Of a stretch of DNA of 64,000 nt, positions 10,310-20,702 are shown in pieces (position 1 is the first letter of the stretch; each line of letters starts with the position of its first letter). The notes beneath the pieces are model-generated. The model did no database searches. It was not told the DNA's origin and worked only from the letters and a program-made list of their open reading frames with translations. The DNA comes from an uncultured delta proteobacterium (lineage in GTDB: Bacteria > Desulfobacterota > Binatia > DP-6): assembly GCA_963815115.1 (NCBI GenBank), contig CAWFFN010000009.1, forward strand, positions 1,664,001 to 1,728,000, given 5' to 3'. The position numbers and the translations under genes were made by a program.

Positions 10310-10458
10310 GAGAAACGGAGTCCGTTCCAGTCCTTCGACTGATGGCGGTTCTCGGAGGTGTCCTTGGACAGTAGCGTTGATGGCAGTAGTGGCTGCGTAA
10401 GCAGTCACCCACGTCGGCCGGACGGCCGGCGGCTCGGACGCTGACACGCCATCAACGC
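10310..10458 (+). promoter_or_regulatory. Putative structured leader upstream of mgtA
   Basis: A perfect 11-bp inverted repeat (10374-10384 with 10448-10458) encloses a GUAA-tetraloop hairpin (10389-10408) and a second hairpin (10417-10430). Further hairpins lie at 10310-10370. Confidence 0.4.
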
Positions 10459-10498
10459 CCCCGCCCGCCCGCGCCGTCCGGCGTTCGGCGGGTGCGCG

Positions 10499-10514
10499 TG
10501 GCATCTCGTTCGCT
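10499..10514 (+). promoter_or_regulatory. Possible sigma54 promoter for the mgtA operon
   Basis: TGGCATCTCGTTCGCT fits GG-N10-GC but has a weaker -12 match. Confidence 0.35.
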
Positions 10515-10674
10515 CGCACTCCCCGCGACTTCTGGGTGATCGCGCGTTCCCGGCAGCGAGCCGGTCGTCGCTAGCCGGGGCAGCGCAGCACCGACACGCC
10601 CGCCCGGGCGTGGCGCGAGGGCGCTCGTCTGCGCGCCTTCGCGCCTCGGTTGCGCGCGGCGAAGGAGTGCGACC

Positions 10675-13389
10675 ATGGTCTCCAACAAGACGATCCCGAC
10701 CCGCGAGCGGACGCGCGTCCAGAAGTCACCGAAGTCACCGAGACGCCGCGAGCCGGCCCGCTGGATGCCGGGCGCTGCCTCGCCGCTTCTCCTGGAGGTG
10801 TCGGACGCGACGGTTCCGGCGGTGTTGCGTCTCCTCGAGGCGCACGAGAGCGGGCTGCCGGCATCCGACGTCGAGCCCCGCCTGGCCAGGTTCGGCCGCA
10901 ACGAGGTGGCCGCCGAGAAGCCGCCGGCATGGTACCGGATGCTGCTCCGGAACCTCCGGAACCCGTTCGTCGTGGTGCTGATGCTGCTGGGCGCCGTCTC
11001 CCTCACGACGGGCGACCTGCGGGCAGGCATCGTCGTCGGGGTGATGGTCGTCGTCAGCGTGCTCATGCGGTTCGTCTCCGAGTACCGCTCGACCCGCGCC
11101 GCCGAGGCCCTGCGGACCATGGTGCGGACGACGGCGACGGTGATCCGCCAGGTGGCCCGCGCGGAGTCCGACGGCACCATGCGGTTCCATGCCGAGAAGA
11201 CGGAGGTGCCGTTCGAGGCCCTCGTCCCCGGCGATCTGATCCACCTCTCGGCCGGCGATATGGTCCCCGCCGATCTCCGTCTGATCACCGCGAAGGACCT
11301 CTTCGTCAGCCAGTCTGCGCTGACCGGCGAGTCGATGCCGGTCGAGAAGACCGACACGGTCGCGGCCGCCGGCCGATCCCTCGATGCCCTGGGGCGACCC
11401 AACCTGTGCTTCATGGGCACGAGCGTCGTGAGCGGCTCGGGCCTGGGCCTCGCGGTGGCCACCGGGCGCCGCGCCTACTTCGGAGCGATGGCGTCCAGCG
11501 TGCTCGGCCGACGGAGCCTCACGAGCTTCGACCGAGGCGTCAACGCGGTGAGCTGGGTTCTGATCCGCTTCATGGCGGTCATGGTGCCCGTCGTCTTCCT
11601 CGTCAACGGGATGCTGAAGGGCGACTGGGTCGAGGCATTCCTGTTCGGGATCGCCGTCGCGGTGGGCCTCACCCCCGAGATGCTGCCGATGATCGTGACC
11701 GCGAACCTGGCGAAGGGCGCCTGGATGATAGCGAGGCACAAGTGCGTCGTGAAGCGGCTGAGCGCCATCCAGAACCTGGGCGCGATGGACGTCTGCTGCA
11801 CCGACAAGACCGGCACGCTGACCGAGGACAAGATCGTCCTCGAGCGCTACCTCGACCCCCACGGGCGAGACAGCAATCGCGTCCTCGAGCTGGCCTACCT
11901 GAACAGCTACTGGCAGACGGGGCTCAAGAACCTGCTCGATCGCGCGGTGCTCGAGCACGTGCAGCTGAACACGCAGCTCGACCTGCCGCGCGGTTACCGC
12001 AAGGTCGACGAGATCCCGTTCGACTTCGACCGCCGGCGGATGTCCGTGGTGGTCGCCCGGGCGGATGCGGCGGAGCACACGCTCATCTGCAAGGGCGCCG
12101 TCGAGGAACTCCTCAAGGTGTCCTCCCGCGTGGAGGAGGGCGGTCGGCTCGTTCCGCTGGCCGCAGAGAGCCGCCGCCGCGCCGAGAAGCTCGCCCGCCG
12201 GCTCAACATGGAGGGGCTGCGGGTGATCGCGGTCGGCTCTCGCGTCTTCGGTGCGCAGCGGACCGCGTACGGCGTCGCGGACGAGAGCGACCTCGTCCTG
12301 GCGGGGTTCATTGCCTTCCTCGACCCGCCGAAGCAGACCGCCGCACCGGCCATCCGGGCGCTCCGCGAGCACGGGGTCGCGGTGAAGGTCATCACCGGCG
12401 ACAACGACATCGTCACCCGGCGGGTCTGCCGGCTGGTCGGCCTGGAGATCGAGCGGCTGCTCCTGGGCCCCGAGGTCGAGATGCTGGACGACGACGACCT
12501 CGCGGCCGCGGCCGAGCAGGTGACCGTCTTCGCCAAGGTGGCCCCGATGCAGAAGGCCCGCATCATCCGGGCGCTGCAGCGCACCGGCCACACGGTCGGC
12601 TATCTCGGTGACGGCATCAACGACGCCGCAGCGCTGCGCGACGCCGACGTGGGCATCTCCGTCGACACCGCCGCGGACATCGCGAGGGAGTCGGCCGACA
12701 TCATCATGCTCGAGAAGAGCCTGCTGGTCCTCGCGGACGGGATCGCGAAGGGCCGCGAGGTGTACGGCAACATCATCAAGTACATCAAGATGACGGCCAG
12801 CAGTAACTTCGGGAACGTCTTCTCGGTGCTCGTCGCGAGCGCGCTTCTCCCGTTCCTGCCAATGCTGCCGATCCACCTGTTGATCCAGAACCTGCTCTAC
12901 GACTTCTCGCAGCTCGCGATCCCGTGGGACCGGATGGACGCGGAGTTCCTGGCACGGCCCCGGCGGTGGGACCCGAGCGGCATCGCGCGCTTCATGCTCT
13001 GCATGGGTCCGGTGTCGTCCGTCTTCGACGTCCTCACGTTCGTCGTGCTGTGGTTCGTCTTCCACGCGACCTCGCCGGCGCAGCAGTCCCTGTTTCAGTC
13101 GGGGTGGTTCGTCGAGGGCCTGCTGACGCAGACGCTCATCGTGCACGTCATCCGGACGCGGAAGGTGCCCTTCGTCGAGAGCCGGGCGTCGCTGCCCGTG
13201 ATGGTCACCACGGCCGCCGTCATGGCGGTCGGCGTCTGTGTTCCCTTCACGCCGTTCGGGCACGCCGTCGGGCTGGTGTCATTGCCCGGTGCCTACTTTC
13301 CGTGGCTCGGCGCGCTCCTTCTCGGGTACTGCCTGCTGGCCCAGGCGGTGAAGCGCTGGTACACGGCCCGATCCGACACCTGGCTGTGA
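10675..13389 (+). CDS. mgtA: Mg2+-translocating P-type ATPase (MgtA/MgtB family)
   Basis: LTGES, AVGLTPEMLP, CTDKTGT, PFDFDRRRMS, GDGIND, SSNFGN and FQSGWFVEG. AAGGAG RBS. Confidence 0.96.
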   Translation: MVSNKTIPTRERTRVQKSPKSPRRREPARWMPGAASPLLLEVSDATVPAVLRLLEAHESGLPASDVEPRLARFGRNEVAAEKPPAWYRMLLRNLRNPFVVVLMLLGAVSLTTGDLRAGIVVGVMVVVSVLMRFVSEYRSTRAAEALRTMVRTTATVIRQVARAESDGTMRFHAEKTEVPFEALVPGDLIHLSAGDMVPADLRLITAKDLFVSQSALTGESMPVEKTDTVAAAGRSLDALGRPNLCFMGTSVVSGSGLGLAVATGRRAYFGAMASSVLGRRSLTSFDRGVNAVSWVLIRFMAVMVPVVFLVNGMLKGDWVEAFLFGIAVAVGLTPEMLPMIVTANLAKGAWMIARHKCVVKRLSAIQNLGAMDVCCTDKTGTLTEDKIVLERYLDPHGRDSNRVLELAYLNSYWQTGLKNLLDRAVLEHVQLNTQLDLPRGYRKVDEIPFDFDRRRMSVVVARADAAEHTLICKGAVEELLKVSSRVEEGGRLVPLAAESRRRAEKLARRLNMEGLRVIAVGSRVFGAQRTAYGVADESDLVLAGFIAFLDPPKQTAAPAIRALREHGVAVKVITGDNDIVTRRVCRLVGLEIERLLLGPEVEMLDDDDLAAAAEQVTVFAKVAPMQKARIIRALQRTGHTVGYLGDGINDAAALRDADVGISVDTAADIARESADIIMLEKSLLVLADGIAKGREVYGNIIKYIKMTASSNFGNVFSVLVASALLPFLPMLPIHLLIQNLLYDFSQLAIPWDRMDAEFLARPRRWDPSGIARFMLCMGPVSSVFDVLTFVVLWFVFHATSPAQQSLFQSGWFVEGLLTQTLIVHVIRTRKVPFVESRASLPVMVTTAAVMAVGVCVPFTPFGHAVGLVSLPGAYFPWLGALLLGYCLLAQAVKRWYTARSDTWL

Positions 13390-13417
13390 CGAGCAACATC
13401 CAGGAAAGGAGGAGCCC

Positions 13418-14131
13418 ATGGCCTGGCAGGTGTTCATGCTGCGGGTGGGCGTCGCGGCGCTCCTGGGCGCGGTGATCGGTCTCGAGCGCCAGGTTCGACA
13501 GCGCCTCGCGGGTCTCCGTACCAACGCCCTGGTCTCGATCGGCGCGGCGGCGTTCGTCGCCCTGGCGGCCGCCACGCCGGCCGAGAGCAGCCCCACCCGG
13601 GTGGCCGCCCAGGTGGTCTCGGGGATCGGGTTCCTTGGGGCGGGCGTGATCTTCCGCGAGGGGCTGACCGTACGCGGGTTCAACACCGCGGCGACCCTGT
13701 GGTGCTCCGGCGCCGTCGGCTCGCTCGCGGGATCCGGGATGTACGGCTCCGGGGGAATCACGGCCGTGCTGGCGTTGCTGGCGAATACGCTCCTGCGGCC
13801 GGTGGCGCGCCGCCTCGACCGGGACCCCACGGCCGCGACGGAGGTCGAGGTGCGCTATCGCATCGCCGCCACCTGCGTCGAGGCTGATGAGCCACACATC
13901 CGCAGCCTGCTGCTGCAGGGCGTGATGCACGCGGCCCTGGTCCTCCAGAGCATCCGGAGCACCACGCTCGTCGGCGAGGGGGGCGAGCCCGCGCGGGCCC
14001 GCGTGCGTGCGGAGGTCGTGACCGAGGGGCGGAGCGACCGCGCCATCGAGCAGGTCGTGGGGCGGCTCAGCCTCGAGCCTGGCGTGTCCGAGGCGTCGTG
14101 GCGGATCGCCGATCCGGCCGTCACCGATTGA
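13418..14131 (+). CDS. mgtC: MgtC/SapB family protein
   Basis: GAVIGLERQ, AGLRTNALV, AAQVVSGIGFLGAG and TAATLW, followed by a C-terminal ACT-like domain. Confidence 0.93.
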   Translation: MAWQVFMLRVGVAALLGAVIGLERQVRQRLAGLRTNALVSIGAAAFVALAAATPAESSPTRVAAQVVSGIGFLGAGVIFREGLTVRGFNTAATLWCSGAVGSLAGSGMYGSGGITAVLALLANTLLRPVARRLDRDPTAATEVEVRYRIAATCVEADEPHIRSLLLQGVMHAALVLQSIRSTTLVGEGGEPARARVRAEVVTEGRSDRAIEQVVGRLSLEPGVSEASWRIADPAVTD

Positions 14132-14142
14132 TCGGAGGAGTC

Positions 14143-15267
14143 ATGCCGACCGCGCAAGACATCGAGCGGTACCGGAAGAACTGGCAGGACGAGATCGACA
14201 GCGCGGCGCGCTACCACGCCATGGCCGACGTCGAGGGCCGCGCGGGCGTGGCCACGGTCTATCGCGACCTGGCTGCCATGGAGGAGGAGCACGCCGCCTT
14301 CTGGGAGCAGCGGCTGACCGACGCCGGCGCTCCTGCCGGCCCGCGGCGGATCGGATGGCGTACACGCGTGCTGGTGTTGCTGGCGAGCCACTTCGGGGCC
14401 GGGCTGGTGCTGCCAACGATCGCCGCTGCCGAGCATCGCGACCGGAACGACTACCGCGGGCAGGCCGAGACGGGCGGCACGCGCATGGCGGCCCAGGAGC
14501 GCAACCATGCTCGCATTCTCGGGGCGCTGGTCTCGGGCACCTCAGGGGTCGACGGAGGATCCCTCGCCCAGATCGAGGGGCGGCACCGCAACGTGGGCGG
14601 CAACGCGGTGCGGGCGGCGGTGCTCGGAGCCAATGACGGGCTGTGCTCGAACCTCAGCCTGGTGACGGGTGTGGCCGGAGCGGCTCCGAGCGGACGCGCC
14701 GTGCTGCTCGCGGGCATCGCCGGTCTCGTCGCCGGGGCCTTCTCGATGGCCCTCGGGGAGTGGGTCAGTGTGACCAGTGCGCGCGAGCTGGCGGAGCGCG
14801 AGGTGGCGACTGAGCGGGACGAGATCGAGGCGACGCCCGAGGACGAGCGCGAGGAGCTACAGCTCATCTACGAAGCGAAAGGACTGGATCCGGCCGAGGC
14901 GGAACAGCTCAGTCGCGAGCTGCTGGCACGGCCGCGCGCGGCGCTCGAGGTCCTGACCCGCGAGGAGCTCGGCATCGACCCGGGCGACCTTGGCGGTTCG
15001 CCCTGGACGGCCGCCGGCACGTCATTCGTGCTCTTCGCGGTTGGCGCTGTCGTCCCGGTCCTGCCCCTCGTGTTCGTCAGCGGCTGGACCGCGGTCGGCG
15101 TCAGTGTCAGTGTCAGCGCGCTGGCGCTGTTTGGCATCGGGGCGGCGATCACCGTCCTGACGGGGCGCTCGGTGTGGCGCACCGGGCTGCGGCAGATGGT
15201 GCTCGGCCTGGCAGCCGCGGGAAGCACCTTCGTCATCGGCCGCCTTGTCGGCGTTGCGATCGGCTGA
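14143..15267 (+). CDS. Rubrerythrin/ferritin-like domain fused to a VIT1/CCC1 transporter
   Basis: N-terminal E..Y...EEEH and ExxH diiron-like motifs. The C-terminal part has RAAVLGANDGL and AGAFSMALGEWVS. GGAGGAG RBS. Confidence 0.9.
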   Translation: MPTAQDIERYRKNWQDEIDSAARYHAMADVEGRAGVATVYRDLAAMEEEHAAFWEQRLTDAGAPAGPRRIGWRTRVLVLLASHFGAGLVLPTIAAAEHRDRNDYRGQAETGGTRMAAQERNHARILGALVSGTSGVDGGSLAQIEGRHRNVGGNAVRAAVLGANDGLCSNLSLVTGVAGAAPSGRAVLLAGIAGLVAGAFSMALGEWVSVTSARELAEREVATERDEIEATPEDEREELQLIYEAKGLDPAEAEQLSRELLARPRAALEVLTREELGIDPGDLGGSPWTAAGTSFVLFAVGAVVPVLPLVFVSGWTAVGVSVSVSALALFGIGAAITVLTGRSVWRTGLRQMVLGLAAAGSTFVIGRLVGVAIG

Positions 15268-15298
15268 TGGACGGACAGCGAGGTGTGTGGTCGTGGTA

Positions 15299-17500
15299 AT
15301 GACGCGTCGATCCGTAACACTCAGGGTCGCGCAGCTCGCGTGCCTGCTCTGCCAGGTGGCGAACGCGTCGGGCGCGTTCACGCTCCCCGCGTCGTCCTGG
15401 TTCCATCTGGTCGGCGGCCAAGTGCCCGAGGTCCGGCAGGTCGAGCCGCCGTTCCACGGCGACTACCAGTTGATCGCCGATACCGGGCACAACCGGGCGG
15501 GCGATCCGGCATCCGTCGTCTCAGCCGGCGCGGCGGTCGACATGCCTCCCGAGATGCCACCCCAGGCGTCCGCCAGCCAGAGTTTCGATTGGAGCGGATG
15601 GTACGCGGGCGGCCGTCTCGGCTTCGCTACCGGTTCTTCGAATTGGTCGGCGACGCCAGGCGGGGCGCACGCGCCGGCCCCGAGCGGCTCCCTCGGTCTT
15701 TCCAACCCGATCCACTTTTCCGATGGGACGGGAAGCTACGTCGGCGGATTGCAATTCGGCTACGACAAAGTGCTGCCCTCGCGCGTCCTCCTGGGCCTCG
15801 AGGCGGATGCCATGCTGCCCAACACGGTTTCCGGAACGCAGACGTTCTCCTCGCCGCTCGTCGGACGGGCGAGCTACAAGGACACCGTGCTGGCGTCGGG
15901 CAGCGTACGCGGCCGCCTGGGCTACGTGCTCGATCCCTGGTTGCTGTATGGAACGGGCGGGTTTGCCTGGGCCTACGACCAGCTGACGCGCAGCCGATTC
16001 GCCGGGCCCGCGACGGTCGAGAACGAGACGCTCTGGCGACCCGGCTGGACTCTGGGAGCCGGGGTCGGCGTCCCGATCGGCGGGCAATGGAGCGCAGCGC
16101 TCGAGTACCAGTACAGCAACTTCGGTAGCGGCCACGTGACCTTTCCCTCACCGGCGCAGACCTTCGCCTCCGACCTCACCCTGCACAGTGTCCAGCTGCG
16201 CCTCGACTACCACATCGGCGGCGATGCAGGGCTCGCGGATCTCGGCGCGGGACCGACGCCGCTGGACCTCGATTGGCTCGCGCTGCACGGGCAAACGACT
16301 TTCCTCGGCCAGTATGCGTTCCCGTTTCACGCGCCCTACCGCGGCCGGAACAGCCTCCGTCCGAATCAGGGCCGCGAGACCTGGGACGTCACGCTCTATG
16401 CCGGCATCCGGCTCTGGGAAGGCGCCGAGTTCTGGGTCAACCCGGAGATCGATCAGGGATTCGGGCTCAGCAACACCCTCGGCCTCGCCGGGTTCCCGAG
16501 CGGGGAAGCGTACAAGGTCGGCGCCCGTGCTCCCTATGTCCGTGTGCCCCGGTTCTTTCTCCGGCAGGTGGTCGAGCTCGGTGGCGGGACGAAGGAAGTC
16601 GCAGCCGGCATCAATCAGTTCCCCGCGACGACCACGGCCAACCGCGTGGTGCTGACCGTGGGCAAGTTCGGCGTCCCCGACATCTTCGATGCCAATCGGT
16701 TCGCGCACGATCCGAGGCTCGACTTCATGAACTGGGCGCTCGTCGACACCGGGTCGTTCGACTACGCCGCCGACGCGTGGGGTTACACCTACGGTGCAGC
16801 GGCGGAGTGGTATCAAGGTCCGTGGACGGTGCGCGGCGGCGGTTTCGATCTGTCGATCGTGCCGAACAGCACGACACTCGATCCCTCGTTCGGTCAGTTC
16901 CAGCTCGTCGGAGAGATCGAGCGCCGGTTCGAGATCTGGAGCGAGCCGGGCAAGGTCACCGTCATGCCCTGGCTCAGCCGCGGCCGCATGGGCACCTACA
17001 CGGCCGCCGTCCGATTGGCCGAGCTCACCGGGCAGCCGGCGGACATCGCCGCCGTCCGCCGCTACAGGAGCCGCTGGGGGCTGGCCGCGAACCTCGAGCA
17101 GCAGGTGACGCCCGACTGGGGGCTGTTTCTCCGAACCGGATTCGCCAGCCCCAACGTGGAGCCCTACGAGTTCACCGACATCGACCGGACGGTGGCGGTC
17201 GGTGCCCAGCTCACCGGCCGCCGGTGGCAACGTCCCGACGACACCGTTGGCTTTGCCGGGATCCTCAACGACATCTCGGGGCGACACGAGGCGTTCCTGA
17301 ACGCGGGCGGTCTCGGCATCCTGATCGGAGACGGCCGATTGCCGCACCCTGGTCTCGAGCAGATCCTCGAGACCTACTACTCGATCGCCCTCAGGGCCTG
17401 GCGGATCACCTTCGACTATCAGTTCTTCAACAATCCCGCCTACAACCGTGACCGTGGCCCGGTGTCGGTGCTGGGACTTCGGCTGCACGGTCAGTTCTGA
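15299..17500 (+). CDS. Outer-membrane beta-barrel fused to an OprB-like porin (MnoP-like architecture)
   Basis: The N-half has Omp25/31-like motifs (FDWSGWYAGG, SVRGRLGY, GWTLGAG, ALEYQY). The C-half has OprB-type motifs (NPEIDQGFG, DYAADAWGY, NPAYNRDRGPV) and ends in Phe. Confidence 0.85.
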   Translation: MTRRSVTLRVAQLACLLCQVANASGAFTLPASSWFHLVGGQVPEVRQVEPPFHGDYQLIADTGHNRAGDPASVVSAGAAVDMPPEMPPQASASQSFDWSGWYAGGRLGFATGSSNWSATPGGAHAPAPSGSLGLSNPIHFSDGTGSYVGGLQFGYDKVLPSRVLLGLEADAMLPNTVSGTQTFSSPLVGRASYKDTVLASGSVRGRLGYVLDPWLLYGTGGFAWAYDQLTRSRFAGPATVENETLWRPGWTLGAGVGVPIGGQWSAALEYQYSNFGSGHVTFPSPAQTFASDLTLHSVQLRLDYHIGGDAGLADLGAGPTPLDLDWLALHGQTTFLGQYAFPFHAPYRGRNSLRPNQGRETWDVTLYAGIRLWEGAEFWVNPEIDQGFGLSNTLGLAGFPSGEAYKVGARAPYVRVPRFFLRQVVELGGGTKEVAAGINQFPATTTANRVVLTVGKFGVPDIFDANRFAHDPRLDFMNWALVDTGSFDYAADAWGYTYGAAAEWYQGPWTVRGGGFDLSIVPNSTTLDPSFGQFQLVGEIERRFEIWSEPGKVTVMPWLSRGRMGTYTAAVRLAELTGQPADIAAVRRYRSRWGLAANLEQQVTPDWGLFLRTGFASPNVEPYEFTDIDRTVAVGAQLTGRRWQRPDDTVGFAGILNDISGRHEAFLNAGGLGILIGDGRLPHPGLEQILETYYSIALRAWRITFDYQFFNNPAYNRDRGPVSVLGLRLHGQF

Positions 17501-17582
17501 GGTTCACCCGGGTCAGACCCCTCTGGCCGTTCGAGCGCGCAGGGCGCGTCCGGCCACGCTGGACCGTGCGGCCGGGATTCCA

Positions 17583-19331
17583 CTACCGGTTCAGGCTGAA
17601 GCGCTCGTCGGCGAGCCGGTAGAGCCGCCGCCACACGTTGCGGTTGATCACGACCAGCGCGAGCGACATCGTCAGCACCCCGGCGGCGAGGAGCGCGAAG
17701 TTCGCGGACTCCGACGCCTGCGTGATGAGGGATCCGAGGCCCGGCGCGACGAGCGTCCGCCCGCCGTAGTGGACGTACTCCGCGACGATGCTCGCGTTCC
17801 ACGCCCCGCCGGCCGCCGTGATCAGCCCGGTGACCAGGTGCGGGAAGATCGCCGGCAGATAGAGCGTGCGCCACCGGCGCCAGCCGCCGAGACCGTAGGT
17901 GTCCGCTGCCTCGCGCAGGTCCTGCGGCATGGCGCTGGCTCCGGCGAGGACGTTGAAGAGGATGTACCACTGCGCGCCGAGGAGCATGAGCGCGACGCAG
18001 CCCCACGAGAACGGGATCCCGGCCGCGAGGAGTGCCATGGTGACGAGCGGGTACAGCATGGGAGCGGGAAAGGCGGCCGCCACCTGGACCGGCTGCTGGA
18101 ACAGGCGTGCGCGACGAGGTGAGATGCCGATCCACACGCCCACCGGGACGGCCCACGCGGCGCCGAGCACGAGCGTGGCGCTGGTGCGCAGAAAGGTGAG
18201 GCCGAGCGCGCCGACGAGGGCCAGCCACTCGCGCGGCCGCAGCGCGGCGACCAGCAGGGCCAGGTGCGCGGTTCCCCATCCGGCAAGCACCAGCGCCGCG
18301 ATCGCGACCGACCATCCAGCGAGGGAGGTGATCCGGCGGCGCAGGCGTGCGTCGCCTCCACCGGGCGCCGCCGTCCGGCGGGGCCGCGACGCCGTGAGCA
18401 GCCGTCCCGCCTCACGCTCGATCCAGGCGAGCATCCGCGAGCGGCGCAGCAGATCGAGCAGGAACGAGCGCGGCACGTCCGCCGCCGCCGTCTCCTCGAC
18501 CTTGAACTTCTGTGCCCACGCCAGCGCGGGGCGCCAGACGAGCTGGTCGACGGAGACGATCATGATGATCATGGCGACGACGGCGTAGGCCATCGCGCGC
18601 CGGTCCCCGCGATCGATGGCCACCGCCATGTACGCGCCGATGCCGGGAAGACGGAAGTCCCGGGAACCGAGGGTGAACGCTTCGGTGACCGTCAGGAAGA
18701 ACCACCCGCCGGCCATCGACATCATCGAGTTCCAGATCAGCCCGATCGTGGCCGACGGCAGCTCGAGCGTGCGGAACGTCTTCCACCAGCCGAACCCGTT
18801 GATCCGCGCCACGTCCCGGAAGTCGCTCGGGATGCCTCGCAGCGAGCCGTAGAAGGAGAAGGTCATGTTCCACACCTGGCCGGTGAAGACGAGAAGCACG
18901 GACGCGAGCTCGAGCCCGATGTTCGAGTTCGGGAAGAGTGCGACCAGGCCGAGCACGAGCCCGGGCAGGAAGCCGAGGACGGGGATGCCCTGGAGAATGT
19001 CGATGACGGGGATCATCACCCGCTCCGCCCGCCGGTTGTGCGCGGCGATGGTCCCGTAGACGAGCGTGAACGTCAGGGAGATGACGTAGGCGATCACGCC
19101 GCGGGCGAGCGAGAGCGCGGTGTAGAGGGGGAGGGCCGACGCGGAGAGATCGATCTCCACCGACTGGCGGAGCGGTGCGTTCCAGCGGTGGGCCAGCGAC
19201 ACGACGCCGCCGATCAACGCCCCGAGTCCGAGCAGGACGACGGCGTCGACCCACCACTCGTGGGCGGGAGTCGGCGCCCCGGCACGGGGGTTGGCCGGGG
19301 GCGCGGGCAGGAGGGTCGGCGTGGGAGCCAT
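17583..19331 (-). CDS. ABC transporter permease with two fused TM modules (NitT/TauT-like)
   Basis: Two BPD_transp-type halves, with DILQGIPVLGFLP, WNSMMSMAGGWFFL and GGAWNASIVAE. Confidence 0.92.
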   Translation of the reverse strand: MAPTPTLLPAPPANPRAGAPTPAHEWWVDAVVLLGLGALIGGVVSLAHRWNAPLRQSVEIDLSASALPLYTALSLARGVIAYVISLTFTLVYGTIAAHNRRAERVMIPVIDILQGIPVLGFLPGLVLGLVALFPNSNIGLELASVLLVFTGQVWNMTFSFYGSLRGIPSDFRDVARINGFGWWKTFRTLELPSATIGLIWNSMMSMAGGWFFLTVTEAFTLGSRDFRLPGIGAYMAVAIDRGDRRAMAYAVVAMIIMIVSVDQLVWRPALAWAQKFKVEETAAADVPRSFLLDLLRRSRMLAWIEREAGRLLTASRPRRTAAPGGGDARLRRRITSLAGWSVAIAALVLAGWGTAHLALLVAALRPREWLALVGALGLTFLRTSATLVLGAAWAVPVGVWIGISPRRARLFQQPVQVAAAFPAPMLYPLVTMALLAAGIPFSWGCVALMLLGAQWYILFNVLAGASAMPQDLREAADTYGLGGWRRWRTLYLPAIFPHLVTGLITAAGGAWNASIVAEYVHYGGRTLVAPGLGSLITQASESANFALLAAGVLTMSLALVVINRNVWRRLYRLADERFSLNR

Positions 19332-19355
19332 GCACCCCGGGACTTGGCAGTTCGC

Positions 19356-20702
19356 TCATGCCGGGACGGCGCCTTCCGTCGCGGTGCTCTCGACGTCGAG
19401 ATACACTTCTCGTGCGTCGGGATCGTAGCCGAGGAGTTCGCCGTATCGCCCCCACGAGACGATGGTCTCGAAGAGGGCTTCGGGCGGCTCTTCGGGGAGA
19501 TGCATCGCCAGGTCTTCCTCGATGACCTCGGCCGGTAACCGCATCTCGGGTGCGCGGCGCAACGCATCGACGACGTAGGCGAAGGTCGGGATCGACTGCA
19601 GCTGGCGATGGAACACGCGCTTGCGGCCGTTGGTGTCGGCCGCCACGAACGTCTGTCCGAGGGGCGTGAGGTTCACCTCCTGCCTCGGGGTGTCCACCAG
19701 CTCGAGCAGCTCGGCCGCCTTGACCACCACGACCGCCAGCCCGAACTCGATGCGAAGACGAGAGGTGAGCGCGAACAGCTGGGTTCTGTCGCCCTGGTCG
19801 TGGACGACCTCCAGCAACCCGACGATCTGCTCCACCTGGGCAGGCGGCAGCGGCTCGAGATGCGGTCGGCGCGGCCGCACGAGCTTCGGCTCGGGCGCGT
19901 CCGGGAGGTGGATCTCCGTGATCGCCGCGTGGATCCGATCGACCAGCGCAATGAAGGCCGGGCTGCGATACTCGCGCGGGTGGGGGAGCGCGTTGTCGAG
20001 CACCTCGCGGATTGCTCCCGGGTTCGTGCCCATGATCACGATGCGATCGCCCAGGAACACCGCCTCCTCGATGAGATGCGTGATGAGGAGCATGCCCTGC
20101 AGACCGAGGTCGCCGCGCGTCCAGAGCCCGTACACCTCGGACCGCAAGGTCTCGGCCGTCAGCACGTCGAGCGCGGAGAACGGCTCGTCCATGCAGAGCA
20201 GCTCCGGCCCTCCGACGAGCGCCCGGGCGATGCCCACGCGCTGCTTCATCCCGCCGGAGAGCTCCTTCGGATACGCCTCCTCGAACCCCTCCAGCCCGAC
20301 GAGATCGATGGCGCGGCGGATGCGGTCGGCCGCCTCGGGGCCTCGGATGGCGGCGCGATGGAGGCCGACGTCGACGTTCTCCGTCACGGTCAGCCAGGGA
20401 TAGAGCGCGAAGCTCTGGAAGACGATCGCCGCGTCCCGATCCACGCCGCGGAGCGGAAGGCCGTGACGCTGCACGTCGCCGGTCGTCGGAGTGATGAGAC
20501 CGGTCATGATGCGCAGGAGCGTCGATTTGCCGCAGCCGGAGGGGCCGAGCACCACGGTGACCTCGCCCGCCTGGATGGCCAGGCTGACGTCCCGCAACAC
20601 CAGCAGCTCGCGGCCGTCTCGCTGGAACCGATGGGAGACGTTCACCACCTCCACCAGCGCGGAGCTGCCTGTGGTGGTGCGAGCTGCGTCGTCGCGGATC
20701 AT
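19356..20702 (-). CDS. ABC transporter ATP-binding protein with C-terminal AAA-associated extension
   Basis: [16 protein letters not shown] and MDEPFSALD, plus an extension of about 170 aa ending in [11 protein letters not shown]. Confidence 0.93.
   Translation of the reverse strand: MIRDDAARTTTGSSALVEVVNVSHRFQRDGRELLVLRDVSLAIQAGEVTVVLGPSGCGKSTLLRIMTGLITPTTGDVQRHGLPLRGVDRDAAIVFQSFALYPWLTVTENVDVGLHRAAIRGPEAADRIRRAIDLVGLEGFEEAYPKELSGGMKQRVGIARALVGGPELLCMDEPFSALDVLTAETLRSEVYGLWTRGDLGLQGMLLITHLIEEAVFLGDRIVIMGTNPGAIREVLDNALPHPREYRSPAFIALVDRIHAAITEIHLPDAPEPKLVRPRRPHLEPLPPAQVEQIVGLLEVVHDQGDRTQLFALTSRLRIEFGLAVVVVKAAELLELVDTPRQEVNLTPLGQTFVAADTNGRKRVFHRQLQSIPTFAYVVDALRRAPEMRLPAEVIEEDLAMHLPEEPPEALFETIVSWGRYGELLGYDPDAREVYLDVESTATEGAVPA

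Noticed and set aside
10417-10430. Guanidine-II (mini-ykkC) riboswitch suggested by an ACGG-loop hairpin
   Set aside because: That class needs two such hairpins. Only one is present, and it lies downstream of the SMR-like gene.
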